The position numbers and the translations under genes are program-made. The notes beneath the pieces were generated by a model. It had not been told where the DNA came from, ran no database searches, and was given only the letters and a program-made list of their open reading frames with translations. From Octopus vulgaris (Eukaryota), in the NCBI GenBank assembly GCA_951406725.2, contig OX597825.1, forward strand, positions 42,160,001 through 42,224,000: 64,000 nt of DNA, in the 5' to 3' direction. The number at the start of each line of letters is the position of its first letter. Position 1 is the first letter of the stretch. Shown piece after piece: positions 26,270 through 39,879 of this stretch.

Positions 26270-26960
26270 TTGTCACTATGATTATGGTCATGATGATCAT
26301 CATCATCTTCATCATCATTATCGACATCATCGTCATTCTCTTTAATAGTTCAATCATCATTATCTACATCATCATCATCATAATACTCTTCCTCTTCCTC
26401 CACATCATCATCATCATTGTCATTGCCATTGTCATCATCATCATCATTATCATAACTTAACATCTTTCTTTTCCATGCTTGCATGAGTTGAGCAGGTCTT
26501 CTCTGAGAATATTTCTCACCACTCTTTGGCATCTCCATTATGAGAACAGATCTCATCACTTTTCATGACTTCCTTGCTTTTTCTCTTCTACAGATTTTAT
26601 TCTGCTCATATTGCTTACTCTTTTCTTACTGAGTTGTCATCCTTCATACACATTACATGTCCATCTGATCATTTTATTTTCTTTTGCACATGGTAGCCAA
26701 TTTTTTTACTTACGTGATCAACATGTTTGCATTCAATAATTCATTCAAACAAACATTACACATGCAATAGAGAATGCTCACCAAATGTTTTTTTCCTGCC
26801 TTCATAAATCTTTTGCATTCAATGCCCATGTTCAGCTACCATGCAATATTGCACTTTGTAGACATGCATCATACAATCTGCTCTACACTTTGTCCAGAAC
26901 TAGCAATATATATGTTTTTTCTATCAACTTTTCAAAGTGTTATACATGAGAATTCTATGT
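26270..26960 (-). mobile_element. Decayed RTE-like LINE 3' end with (GAT)n tail
   Basis: Minus-strand gcatggaaaag..gttaag..(gat)n tail; weak GHVxR-like peptide near 26690. Confidence 0.4.
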
Positions 26961-27149
26961 CTATTTTCTTTCTTTTTTCTCAATAATACAATCCTAACAC
27001 TGAAAGAAAATATAATACAGTTTGGCAAAAATCCTATAGTTGTATAGGAAATTAGACATGCAAATGTTTATTTTGACATATTCTAGATGGTCTAATGCAA
27101 GGAAATAATCACAAAGAGATTCAATAAATAGTTATCAACTCTACAAATG

Positions 27150-27578
27150 TTAGGCAATATGCTGTGCTTGAGAAGATTTGTCAAGCTAAGTAAAATTGTA
27201 GTCATGGCTAATGCCAGTGTCATCTGACTGGCACCCATGCTAGTGGCATGTAAACAGCACCATTCGAACACTGGGTCTCATGGAGGCAGTGACCAAGACC
27301 TTTGGCTGTATACCATGCTTGTGTAAACCTGTCAAGTCAAGTGAGACCATAGTCATGGTCAATGCCAGTGTCACATCAATGGCACCCATGCCTGTGGCAT
27401 GTAAAAGGCACTCACTACACTCTTGGGGTGGTTGGTATTAGGAAGGGCATCCAGCCATAGAAACCTTGCTAATTCAAACTGGAACTTAGTGCAGCTCCCT
27501 GGCTTACTAGTTTTCAGTCAAACCATTCAACCCATGCCAGCATGGTGAGTAGACATTAAATGGTGAAGACGATGATGG
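27150..27578 (+). mobile_element. SINE-like element with RTE-type 3' end and internal tandem duplication
   Basis: Two related units (tgcttg..gtcaag..gtcatggc.aatgccagtgtca..ggcacccatgc..gtggcatgtaaa), then ggtggttggtattaggaagggcatccagc..cccatgccagcatgg..gatgat. Confidence 0.7.
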
Positions 27579-27589
27579 TAGAATATTAG

Positions 27590-27725
27590 ATGCCACCAAG
27601 GTTAACTTTGTCTTCCATTCTCTTGGGGTTGATAAAATATGTACCAGTTGAGTTCTGGGGTCAATCTAATTGACTTCACCCCTTTCCCAAAACTACTGAA
27701 CTTGTGCTGAAATTTGAAACCAATA
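27590..27725 (+). mobile_element. SINE 3' portion (Nin/Deu-like domain)
   Basis: gttaactttgtcttccattctcttggggttgataaaatatgtaccagttgag..ctggggtcaat. Confidence 0.65.
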
Positions 27726-29147
27726 TGACAGAATATAAGGAGCTGATAAATATGGAATGGAGTTAGATTACAAAAAGCAGAAATATGTCAAATACTTTTG
27801 GCTTGCTGGGAGAGCTAACTCAGGCATGGGTGCCATTGATGTGACACCGGCATTGACCATGACTATGGTCTCACTTGACTTGACAGGTCTACACAAGCAT
27901 GGTATACAGCCAAAGTTACATTTGGACAAAGAAATGGTGGTGAATGATAATCCATATTCATGGAAAAACATTAATTCTGTCAGGCAAACACTTTAAATAT
28001 CCAGTAAGCAAACCTATCATGACTATTGAGAAAAACTGTAGTTAAGGCTAGGATGTAATGCGCTGTGAGTAATATTTGACATATAGAAAAAAAATGGCAA
28101 ACAAGCAGTGTATACAAACTGTGTTCTTTGAGTAAACTAAACAGGATCTCATCACAGTCTGGCTATTTTTCAAACTTTTACAAAATATTTATTTGAGAAA
28201 CATCTGTTTTGCTCCATGTAAAAACCACTGGATTTTGGTATATGTGTCATCTACTTTTTTTCATATATTTAAAGAAATCAATGTCTTGCATTATACAATC
28301 CTATAGAAAATAATTATCAATTGTTATGGACCAGTTTACTACATTTATTACATTGAATTTATGTTCTTGGATCATTTTCCAGCTCTGTCTCTTTTTGATC
28401 TTTCATCTTTACTACAATGATCATCATGTGTTTCAAAAGCATTACATTGAGTTGAAACTTGCTAGAAAGAGCTACAGTTTGTGTGCAATTGCTAACTTCA
28501 CTGGCTGGCTTATTTAATATTAGATGTTGACAAACTTGACACTGTAAAATAGATTGATAGCTTTTTATATTTAGAAATTTCACCAAATTCTCTTTGAGTT
28601 TGCACTTTTGGTATCTACTTAAGTGTATTTGTGAACTCTTTGATAACCTTCTTAAAGTTTGATAAGAACAAGGAAAATTTCTTTAACCATAGGAGGTCTG
28701 GGCTTGATTATGATGGTTGAATAAGACTGATAGAGAGTATGGTAAATAAATGAACAAATAAACAAACAGAGTGAAAACTATGAAGACAAATTAAGAAAAG
28801 AACAGAGTTTAAAGATTGTGATAGGAAACCTGGTTTCTTAATAACAATGCAATTGTTTTAATAAAGGTACATAGGTGCAAAGTGATCTATACTACAGCAA
28901 TTTGACACATGGCTGATTTAGAAGGACAGAAATGTCATTCTAAGACCCATTGATCATGGTTCCATCATATGCACACAAACACCTCACATGAACATTCCCA
29001 GACGTGGCTATACACATACATTCACATATACATGCTCACACACTCACACATACACTAGTTCATACACAGAAATACTTATATTAAATAGTAATTCCATAAA
29101 TAGTGGAAATTCATCATTTTATTTAAGTGACAAAATCATTGTTTGCA

Positions 29148-29153
29148 TATCTG

Positions 29154-29185
<32 letters not shown>

Positions 29186-29221
29186 CCTATCTATCTACCT
29201 ATCTACCTACCTACCTACCTA
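29148..29221. repeat. (ATCT)n/(ACCT)n microsatellite
   Basis: Direct inspection. Confidence 0.9.
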
Positions 29222-29749
29222 CATATCTGTCTATGCACAAATACACATTCAAGTTCATTTGCATACAATATTCAAATACACTGATTCATAGTCCATCAAG
29301 CTATCACTCTATCAGTCCTAGGAATTAGGATCTTCTATACATATTATATAAATGGAAATGACAAGGTAATAATGAGGAACCGAATACAATCAAACTAAAA
29401 TAAAGTGCAGGAAACATATATCTAGAAATAAACTTATGTGGCTACATTTTTAGAGTTAACTAGTAGTATTATTAGTTCACACTATTAGTTTAAATATTAG
29501 TATGATATAGGGAAGGCCAGCAGTATGTTTGTGGACATCACACAACTACTTTATAAAACAAGATTTACAGCTAATTATTTCATAAATTAAAAATATACAC
29601 CGTTAAAGATATATGCGTATTTTATCATTACAATCTCATGTGGTAATGCTGAATTGCCAATCAAAATCAATCCAGTCAACACTTGTGTTAGATAAAGTAA
29701 GCAAGGTAGAAATACAGAAATATAATACACTACTAATGATGCAATTACT

Positions 29750-29960
29750 AGTGAGAAGGTGGCAAACTGGCAGAATTGTTCACATGTTTAATGACATTTC
29801 ATTCATCCTTATGTTCTGAGTTAAAATTCTACCAAGGTTGACTTTGCGCTTCATCCTTCAGGGTCAATAAATTGAGTAACAGTTGAGTATTAGAGTCAAT
29901 ATAATTGACTTAACCCCTACCCACTGAAAATGCTGGCCTTGTACCAAACTTTGAGACCTA
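29750..29960 (+). mobile_element. tRNA-derived SINE (Nin/Deu-like domain)
   Basis: ggtggcaaactggcagaattg..gttctgagtt..gactttgcgcttcatccttcagggtcaataaa. Confidence 0.7.
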
Positions 29961-30089
29961 TATTACTATTACTAGTAATAGTAATAGTAATATTAATTAT
30001 AATATTGATAGTGCATTTTGGTTAAAGCAAATAGGTTAACTGTTCGTATTATAAAGGAAGATCATATTGTATATGTGTGGTCACCATAT

Positions 30090-31110
30090 TATCACATCGT
30101 CTCATTGAGATGCAGTATACTGATGACATCACCACTCCGAACAGACTGCAGATGGCCTACAAAGGACAGCTGATCTTTACAATGCGGCTTACGAATGCTT
30201 GGGGTTGCAGGTAAACACATTTACGATCAAGACACTAATCCAACCCACACCAGACCAGAACAGTCCACTGACAAACATTGGTATGAACGGCCAACCCCTA
30301 GAAGAAGTTGAATACTTCACATACCCTGGAAGTGTCCTTTTGAAGACCCCCACGTGTGAAAGGGATGTGGAGAACCAGATAGGGGCGGCTCACTCCTCTT
30401 TCAGCATACTGAACCAATGTGTATTCTTCAATCACCCGCTGACCATCCAGACAAAGATCATTGTCTTCCATGCCATTGTCCTGTCAACTCTACTCTATGC
30501 TTGTGAGACTTGGACATACTGCCGTAACTTCAAGCACCTTGAATGCTTCCAGCAATTGAAGTTACAACAGGTCCTCAACATACAATGGGAAGATCACATT
30601 ACCAACAATGAGGTTCTTCTTCACACCTCACTACCAAGTGTTGAAACCACCATTCTATGTCATTGTCTCTGCTGGGCAAGTCACGTCCGGCATATGGAGC
30701 CCTCTCATCTCCCAAGGATCATGCTCTATGGAGAACTTGCAAGGAGAACATGACCCAGAGGAGGTCCAAAATTCCGTTTTAAAAACCAGCTCAAATGGGC
30801 CTTCGCTCATGCTAACATCTAGCCATCCTCATAAAAACAGATTGCCATGGATAGGACAGCCTGGAGGACTGCTATCCACAATGGAGCCAGCTCCTTCAAG
30901 CAGAACAGAATGAGGAGGCAAAATGCAGAAGAAAGGAGCATCAGCATCCTTGACCTGCACCAACCATCCCATGCAAGTTCTGTCCATGACTCTTTCACCA
31001 CCAACTTGGACTCTAAAGTCACTTTTGGCACAAACATCAGCCGATGAAACTGGATGGAAACTGATGAACCCAATGCTCGGATATGAGCTAAAGCCAATCG
31101 ATTACAACCT
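30090..31110 (+). mobile_element. 5'-truncated RTE-clade LINE
   Basis: EMQYTDD (YADD-like), LEEVEYFTYPGS, VLSTLLYACETWT, WEDHITNNEVL, WASHVRHM..LPRIMLYGEL..*PRGGPKFRFKNQLK, MDRTAWR. Confidence 0.9.
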
Positions 31111-31588
31111 CTCATTGCTTAATGAGATTTGATTTATACATAACTATTTCATAAGTTTCAGCAATATAGGAAATGAAAGAGAGAAGAATATTAATCTATT
31201 TTCTTTATTTTTTCAGCGTAGTTCCTTCTGATGTTTTTCATTTATTATTGATGCAAATGCTCTTCCTCTAGTTTCAGTATTTCCAACTCTCTATTAGTGT
31301 CTCAAAGGGATTTTTTTGCATTTGGTCTGAGTACACTTTTATGTATATATTTTCTTCTTTCTTCTTGCTTTCAATAAAAGTTAGAACTCAAGACTTCAAA
31401 GCAACCTACTGATGATATATTGGAGGGTGAAGAAAATTTCTCTGAATACAGAGCAGTTGCTTCAGGGTTCCTGAAGTTGCAGCTTCCTTAGTTCTATAGT
31501 AGATCCCCAAGTGACACACATGTCAATGCAAGGGAAGGACATATACACTCACTCATACCATATGTGAACATTATTTATATATGCATGT

Positions 31589-31626
<38 letters not shown>

Positions 31627-31679
31627 TGAATGCAATGAACAAAGCCAACAAGGGAAAAGGCAAAACAGAAGGGATACAT

Positions 31680-32780
31680 TTTTACAACTATTGTATCAGT
31701 TTAACACACACAAACAAGAGAAAGAGTGTTAATGTTTCAGATACGAGCCCTTCAGCTGAAGAAAAGTATAGAAGAAAGTATAGGAAGAATATGAAAGAGG
31801 GGAAATGGTTCAGAATGTAAAGTGAGTGAGTGTTTAGAGGCCTGGTGGGAATGTAGATTTATGGAGAAGTTAGTAAGAGAGAGTGTGCTGGTTATGTGTG
31901 CCCATATAGGAATGTATCCGAGTTTTGAGATGAGCATAAGGGGGAATACTATGTATGTGATATTTTGGTGTGTGGGGTGGTAGTGCATTGATGAGTGAGG
32001 TGAGGGGTGTTAGTATGTATGTTAATAAGGTGATGCACCTAGAAAAGTAAGCGATACAGAAAGGAAGCAAAAGAGAAGTGAGGAGAAACCAAAAATAGAG
32101 ATGAGGTAAATTCCAAAAGGAGGGGAATAGGGAATTTCATCTGAAAAGAGTATACTTCGAATGCCCAAGTTGGAGAAGATGGTACAAGAAGAAAAATAGT
32201 GGAAGAAGGAAAAGGAAATCACACAGGCAGAGGATGAGAAAAATAGAACAAAGAAAGTGTGTGTGTGTGCGCGCGTGTGTGCATGTGAGTTAACACATCC
32301 TGGTGCATGTAGATATGTGTTGTTATATGTAGAAGTGCCCAGCACTCTCAAACATGTTTTTTATTTAAATTTATACATACACCAGCACAAGATTGTGTAC
32401 CCACATACACATCCATACACACATTTTCCCACCCACACACACTTTTCTCTCCCCCTCCCCTACTATTCCTGCATTGCTTGACAACTCCATTTTCACACCT
32501 TACCTGCCATCAACTTTTCAGCTTGCTAGTACACACACACCAACATTCACAAACACACATACGAGCTCACACCCACACTTTCTTCTTTGACTTATTCTTC
32601 TCATACAGTTACATTGTCTTCCCCTTCTTCCAACATTTGTTCCTCTACCATGTGATTATATGAAGTCAAGCATTTGGACTTAACTCTCCTCATTTAGTTT
32701 TCCCGGTTTACCCCTCTGCTGGAATTCCCCACTTCGACCATCTTTAGATTCTCAGGATGTTTACTTTTTCCTCCTTACAA
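31680..32780. mobile_element. Decayed Penelope-like terminal fragments in inverted arrangement
   Basis: Purine-rich then pyrimidine-rich related segments (about 32100-32260 vs 32575-32740); hammerhead-like remnant at 31730-31760 minus. Confidence 0.3.
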
Positions 32781-33089
32781 TCACTTAAACTCATACATGT
32801 TCTTACATAACTACCAATTGTCTCTCTAAGAATATCACCTTAAAAATTTTTACTTTCTATGCTTCTATGTTTCAGACACCAGACTTTTACCTTTATACTT
32901 ATATACATACGGGGTGGGGGGTCTGAGTGTGTATATATGCATATACGTATGCATGTGTTACTTGATGTGTGTGTGTGTGCCATATCTTGTCTCCCTTACC
33001 ATCTCAAACTGGTAGTCATTAGAATGACTAAGAGAGAGTGTGTATTTCGTACCACACCCAAGAAGGTGCTGAAGTAGGGAAACAGTGGA

Positions 33090-34190
33090 AAACGGAGGAA
33101 TCTTGCAAACTAAATGTAAAAAAAAACGATGTTTCGTGTGTGTGTGCGTGCGAGACAACATATTTCGGCTTTCATCTGAATCATCTCCGGTACTGCCCCC
33201 ATTTTATGCTATTTTGGCCCCTGTCATAATCGATATTTTCTCGCCTTCGCTCTCGCTTTCTCACTATAATTACATTTAGTGAAATTTCTTACATTTATTT
33301 CTACAACGCTTTGACAGAGATGTATTTTGCTTCGCTCAAAATTTTTTCTTACTGTTTCTCTAATCGATACTTAAACGCATTTATGCGTCGCAACATTCTT
33401 GCTAACTAAGAAGGGATATTACAAAGATACATACATGTACGTGTTACGAAGATAGATACACATAATAGCCCTTCGTTGTGACAGCCAGACTTTAATGTGT
33501 ATTTCTGTCGCGACGCTGTCCCTCTCGAGGATTAACTTCGTGTAACTAGTAACGGAATAAAAAACGAAAATTGTATTATGAAACTACAAATATCTTCGTT
33601 CAAGCTTCCTACTTCTCACATATCTGATACAAATCTGCATCTTATTTTAATCAACGTTTTTAAATTGGTGTTTCCAACTTTGAAGAGCTAGTATGCAGCT
33701 GCCTTACATCTCTTCAAGTTCACAGCATGAACCTTGTGTGACATATAACACCTGAAAAATATGCAGCCTGACACCTTTCGTACAGATAAATTTTGCCGGA
33801 CACCGCCAAACGCATACAACAAAAATGAAAAGAATACATACAGGTACATACACACACACACACACACGCGCGCGAGCAAAAAGCTATAACTTTCTTCAAA
33901 TCTTTTCTGTAAATACTTTACTAAAATTACTTTTCTCATCATTAAAAAACATTCGTTTTACAAAGAAAAAACAAAAACACTTTCAAGCAATACATCTAAT
34001 ATTTCTGATGCTTCATTTATTTCGTAACTGTTATATCTCGGATCGTACCGTGCACATTTTGTTTTTCATTCTGTAATCTTTCGTTTCTTTTATTCTTGTT
34101 TGATTATGCTCTCTCCACATGTTGACTTGAAAAATTGTGTGGATTTAGTCTTTATAATGTAATTGCTGATAAGGTGAAGAGGCTACGTTC
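33090..34190. promoter_or_regulatory. CpG-retaining island, candidate promoter/TSS region
   Basis: Roughly 45 CpG by eye in about 1.1 kb of AT-rich non-TE-like sequence, versus sparse CpG in the flanks. Confidence 0.55.
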
Positions 34191-34238
34191 TGAAATAGGA
34201 ATGACCACATAATGAATATGTTCCCATACTTTTTTCTT

Positions 34239-34455
34239 GGGAGTGTCATTACTCTAGTATTAATAATACATGCACCGGTTCAGTTTCAATCCTTTATTAC
34301 TAGTCAATTGGTTAAATAGCTGTCCAACTAACTAATCGATCGTTTGTTTGATCAGTTCACCGACAAGTTAAGCAACTAATTAGTTAGATGAATAGGTATT
34401 TAATCAATTGACTAATAAAAAGTGGAACAGAACCTGTGCGTGTGTTGACTCTCCC
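34239..34455. mobile_element. Palindromic MITE-like element
   Basis: Ends gggagtgtca / tgactctccc; internal arms gcaccggttc/gaacctgtgc, tagtcaattggttaaata/tatttaatcaattgacta, aactaactaat/aattagttagat. Confidence 0.65.
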
Positions 34456-34849
34456 TTGATACAACAACAAAATTTGTTTTAACTCATGAATTCACATAAA
34501 GAATTTTGCAAACCAAACACAAAAACGATGTTTCCATACATACATAATTTTAAATAGTTTATATATTACATATATACAAACTATATTTATGTTTCACTGA
34601 GAAACATTTCTGCAAGTATGCATGTGATATGTAAAGCTTTACAAAATAGATGTTAAAGGCAATGTCCTTGTTAAATCTGCTATGTGACGTGTCCCAGCTA
34701 ATTGGTTAGCTGGGAACTGAATTATTTTCCCTGGTTGCATGCTGCTCCCAAATAAAACCAATCACAATATTTATTATCATGTTTATTTATTGATTAATAT
34801 TGCAATTGTTACTTTACATAAAGCTGTTGAATACCAGTAGCTAGTGTGT

Positions 34850-36893
34850 GAGAGGAGAAAATATCAAGTCTTAGTGCTTGCTGAGAGGAGATCTTTTTAC
34901 ACCAGATTGGGAAAGCTGACCAAGAAAACCTCTACAAATCTCGTGGCTCCTCTGCCATTCTCTGCGCTGTATCATCCGACATGTCACAGTTTATCACCAT
35001 GATTTGGCTCGAAACTGCACAAAATTTTCCCTTATGCTTAGTACCTACACAAGTGCATCAGAACAATGGTTGGCTGAAACATAGATTTGGTTCACCTGAT
35101 AAGGACTGTCATCACCAGATATGGAAAATGATATGCCATGGCCTTTTCTCATTACAGAACTGATAGGATTTTAAATGATATATACTGTTACATACTTTAC
35201 TTACAACAAACGTCCTGGCTCACTTGGCTTCTGAATGTTTTTCAAGGCACTATAGTGTATTCACCATACACTCTGCTGTTACTGGCATTATACACAAACA
35301 CTTCCTGCTCCTTGATTTGCTTTGTTTCTCTTATAGTAAATGCCACTGCAATGAGATTTCTGAAATGGATCACTTTCTGGATTCAATTGCACAGCATCTC
35401 TTTCAGATCAAATCCACTTGCCATCAATTTTTGGTAATTCTTGACAACTGGCATTGGACACCATCCAAGTTGATCACCATGCCTGCTGGCTTATATTCTT
35501 GCTAATCACTTATGATAATAAATATGACTAGTGTTGGCTATGATCACACAAGGTATTCTAGTTTTAAAGCTAAATTTGTAAGAGAAGTATATCGATTATT
35601 TTGTGTGGTTATAGCATTTAGATTTTCAACTATCACCAGAGTCAGTTTGAGTGCAACCTGATTTTGTGTTTCTTTGGTCTATGACGTACAAGATGATTTC
35701 TCACCTCCTTATCTTTCACTCTAATGCAGACACACATTTACATCTCGCTAAAAATATCTTAAATGACATTTCTCACATCTCTTTCTGAGTGAGATGCATA
35801 TTCACACTAAAAAATTTCTTTCGTGACGTTTCACCCTGTCTCTTTAATGGAGACTTAAAATTATTTCTACAGTGCATCATAGTAACTTGCCAGTCACACA
35901 AGTTTTGTGACACCCTAACATCTATCTCCATCCACCCTTCCAGGCCCACCAACTTAAACAGACACACACACTAAGTGTGAAAGAATCTTTGTCAGTTCAA
36001 ACTAATAAGTCCCCCTTCCACTATCCTAGAACATTGCACTCTATAGGTAGCTCATTTTTTCACCAAACACTTCAATTTCTCCCTCCCTTCATGGATAAAC
36101 TACAACCTTAAAATACTCCTACTCTAAGAATGTGAATTTCCTTGTCCTTTTAATGAGTGCATGTACAATTTCAGTAAAGTCATATCTATTCATGCCTGAC
36201 TCACCTCTATTATTCACTAGTGAGTTCTTGCTTTAGAAGAACTTGATAAAAGTAATTTCCACACTTTCAGCATTAGCAATTCTTTTGACCATGTCTGACA
36301 TTAGAATTTCTTGTAAAAGGATGGAACCATAGTTTCATTCATCTCTCATGGATGAAGACATGAATGTCATCCACCTCTCATTTGCTGAGTCAGTAGCCTT
36401 CTGTTAGATCACACTATTGTTGCAGAAGTTTATAAAGCACTTTCTTCCCTCGTTCAATCAAACTGCGACACTACTCTAGGTTTCTTCTATGTGTGTGTCA
36501 CCAACACTGCAAGCCAAGATTAATTTCATATTTGAACAAAACGATCCAAAGAGAACTAACTCAGAGTGCCCAGTAGCATAAAAAGGGGGGAAAAACAACG
36601 AATAAATTTGAATCAGAAGCGTAAGTTCACAGCTGTCTTCTTGTTTCCAGACAATCAAACTTAATAGCATGTGAATTGCTGAGAATACTTCATTCTTAAA
36701 ATTATCTCCTCTTCTAGTTTAGAGTTTGAAAGCTGAATCAACAGAAAGGAATTACATCTAGATAAAAATCTTTATGCAGTTTAAATGCTCAAGTTTTCGA
36801 TATCCAACTGGCTGAAAAGTGTCAGCAAAAGGGCAGCCAGGCATCATGGCCTGGATGCAGCTTAGCCTGGCCGCCATAGACTGTAAAAAGTTA
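34850..36893 (-). mobile_element. Decayed piggyBac-like transposon
   Basis: ttaa at right end (ttaactttttacag on minus); ordered peptides GMNRYDFTEIVHA (MxRxRFxxI), LCD, PVVKNYQKLMASGFDL (PxxVxxYNxxMGGVDL), FRNLIA, HFP..TKSM..MHLC. Confidence 0.45.
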
Positions 36894-37023
36894 AGGGCCT
36901 AAGGTGGGTTTCTTCTGTGAAGACATACTGCAGTTCAGCTCTTTTAAGAGTTTTTTATCATCATTATCATATGTATATATATATGTGTGTGTGTGTATAT
37001 AAATATATATGTATATATGTGTA

Positions 37024-37080
<57 letters not shown>

Positions 37081-37134
37081 ACATATGTATATATGTATAC
37101 ACATACATATATATATATATCTTTATGTGTTATC

Positions 37135-37453
37135 TTTTACTTGTTTTAGTGACTAGACTGTGGCCATTCTTGGGTACCAGCTTGAGTTGGATGTATCGAC
37201 CTTTGTGCTTATTTTTGTTTTCTTTAAAGCCTGGTACTTATTCTATCAGTCTCTTGTGCTGAACCACTAGTTATAGGAACATAAACACACCAGCTCTGGT
37301 TGTCAAACAGAGTGGTGGGTGGACAAACACAGACAAAGACACACACATATGATGGTTTTCTTTAAGTTTCCATCTTCCAAATCCACTCACGAGGAACCTC
37401 TAACCATGTAGTTGGGAAGCAAGTTTCTTACCACACAGCCACACCTGTGCCTA
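37135..37453 (-). mobile_element. Bipartite tRNA-derived SINE, internally deleted
   Basis: ttttacttgttttagtgactagactgtggcc..aagcctggtacttattctatc..cttaccacacagccacacctgtgcc. Confidence 0.8.
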
Positions 37454-37459
37454 TGTACA

Positions 37460-37640
37460 TAGATGAAATAAATGAGAGAAACAGAAAATGGATCTTGCAT
37501 CTGTCCCTCGTGGGTGAGATACTGTACAACTGGTTGTGGTGCATCTTTTTGTGTAGATGTGTTGTCAGGTGACTTTTCAAAAGGTATCTCAATAAACTTG
37601 GTTTCACTGAGTTCTATCATTTGCGTGTAGGTAACCAACT
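37460..37640 (-). mobile_element. Possible RTE-type RT fragment
   Basis: KFIEIPFEKSPDN resembles FIDFEKAFDS; THEG..DPFSV resembles RTE RT region. Confidence 0.35.
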
Positions 37641-37859
37641 ACAGGCAGATAATATGTGGTGCAGGGAGATCATTAATGTTTGTGTGTGTGTGTGTATTGG
37701 TATGTATCTTTATAGATATGAAAGCAAGAAAAATAATGAAACAAATTAAATTTTTTAGACAAATAATGGTTCAGCATAAGATTTTGCTTTTACTTGAGGT
37801 GAATGACATTAAACTGGTTAAAGTATTTGTTGGATTTTGAATGGATGTGCTCAATACCA

Positions 37860-39130
37860 AAGAATAAAGTTTTTTCATACATATAGGGGTTAGAGGTTTT
37901 TGATTTGATGCTCAGATTTTATCCTGGCTTAAGAGAGGCCTTGATGGTAAATCCATTCTTATCAATACAAAGACACTATTTTCTTTGGAGATCCCACAAA
38001 GCTTACAGTTTTCAGCAATTTTCCAGCTGATTTTCTATATCTCTACCTTTTCTTTCAGCAAGATATAGTTTGAAAGTTTCATTCTAATGCATCACTCACT
38101 GCTTCTCAAGGAGAAGGTGTAGTTACAAAATCATATCTTGAAAATTTTTTCTGATATGTTCACATTGTGCTCCAAGGTCATATTCTTAGGTTTGATCCCT
38201 GCCTCATATGCATATGATGGCCAATGTATTGCATAAGCCATTAAATAGTTTGATAGAAATCTCTTTGCATGAGCATTCAGCTGCATTCATTGGGGTCAGC
38301 CAATGACATGTAATCAGTTTTGTATTGACATTAAAGTTAGAAGTAATCTAAGTGTACAGCAGTTAAAATATTTCCTATGTCTATGGATAAGAGGAAGTGC
38401 TTATATGCTTATATAAGGGAGTCTTTACCTGTATTTGTTAGAATGAAATTTCAAACCAAATAGTATAATGACTATTTCTTTTAAAGAGATCATGGTTGGG
38501 AATTTATTTCTTGAATTCACAAACTTCAGAGTGGATGTTATAATAAGAAACCACCCATTAAAAATTTCCTCACAGGAGGACAGATTTTACCTATGCACTC
38601 TGATAAAAACAGAATGGAATGACATTCTTTGTCACTCCATATTTATGTAAACAAGTGTTTTCTAAAGGGCTTATATCAACCTATACTCACATTTAGTGTG
38701 AAGTTCAGGGAATTAACTATTTTTAATTTAGTTTCTATAATAACTTTAAAATTGAAAACTTGATGCCAATTTGTAGTTTTGGAGAGAGATCCCAGTAGTA
38801 GAAGTTAAAATTGATAAAGCAGAACTCTATGTTTAAGGTATCTAATGTAAGTAATCCAATAAGACAGCAGATATTCATGCTAGCGCATAATTCCATGCTT
38901 ACACCAAAGGAACCAACTTGTTTTGATCTCTTGCCTTAGTTTGGGTGCTTATTTATGTCATTCTTTCATATTAAGTTTTATATCATAGCAAAATCTAGTG
39001 TGCTACCCAATAGCTCTTGGACCTAGAAATGCTCTTATTGCTTACACTACTGAACAAAGAAAAAACTTCTTGAGTTTACTATACTAGGAAAATTGGTAGT
39101 TATCCCGATGTTATTAATTTTCTGTAGAAC
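37860..39130 (-). mobile_element. Possible very old Penelope-like relic
   Basis: MQYIG peptide near 38225 and weak RT-like peptides; heavily decayed. Confidence 0.2.
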
Positions 39131-39134
39131 AATA

Positions 39135-39357
39135 TTGATTTCAAATTTTGGCATAAGGCCAGCAAATCCAGTGAAGTAGGGGTGAGGTGCAAGTCAATTA
39201 CATCAACTCCAGTGTTCAACTTGTACTTATTTTATTGACCCCTGAAAGGATGAAAGATAAAGTCAAATTTAGCAGAATTTGAACACAAAACAAAGACAGA
39301 TGAAAAGCTGCAAAGCATTTTACTTAGGATGCAAAAAAGTTTTCCAGCTTCCTGCCT
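39135..39357 (-). mobile_element. tRNA-derived SINE (Nin/Deu-like domain)
   Basis: Reverse complement of family core: gtacttattttattgacccctgaaaggatgaaag..aaagtcaa..gaatttgaac. Confidence 0.75.
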
Positions 39358-39734
39358 TTTTCTATAGAATATTGCTAAAACATTGATTTCAAATTTAATT
39401 GAGTTTATTAACCTATATTTATACTAGAAGCAAACTTATTTAATGATATTTGCTAGTGATAAAGTCATTACACATCCATAGTGCCTCTATTTTATTATCA
39501 ATGTCTCACTTTACTGCCATGTGTTTTGATGATTCAAGAGTTCCTCTGCAAGGCAACAGGTTCATTATCAAAGAACTTAAGACAACCCTTTTAGTTTGTT
39601 CACAAGTTATCTTAACAATAGTTTATGTTTAAAGTTAAGAATAAAACAGGGAAAATTTTTCTCATAATTCTCATATCAAAAATTGATAAAAGGCCAACTT
39701 TGTCCACGAACATAGCAAATCTTTTCGTTGAGGA

Positions 39735-39769
<35 letters not shown>

Positions 39770-39879
39770 GCACATTCTCATACAAACATATATACACACT
39801 CACATAATCTTTGAACTTACACACATGCTGGCCCACACACACATATACATACATACACATTATCTTCGCATACATATGC

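Noticed and set aside
37387-37638. Host exon from the 83-aa ORF
   Set aside because: No good donor site, runs into a SINE, and resembles an RT fragment
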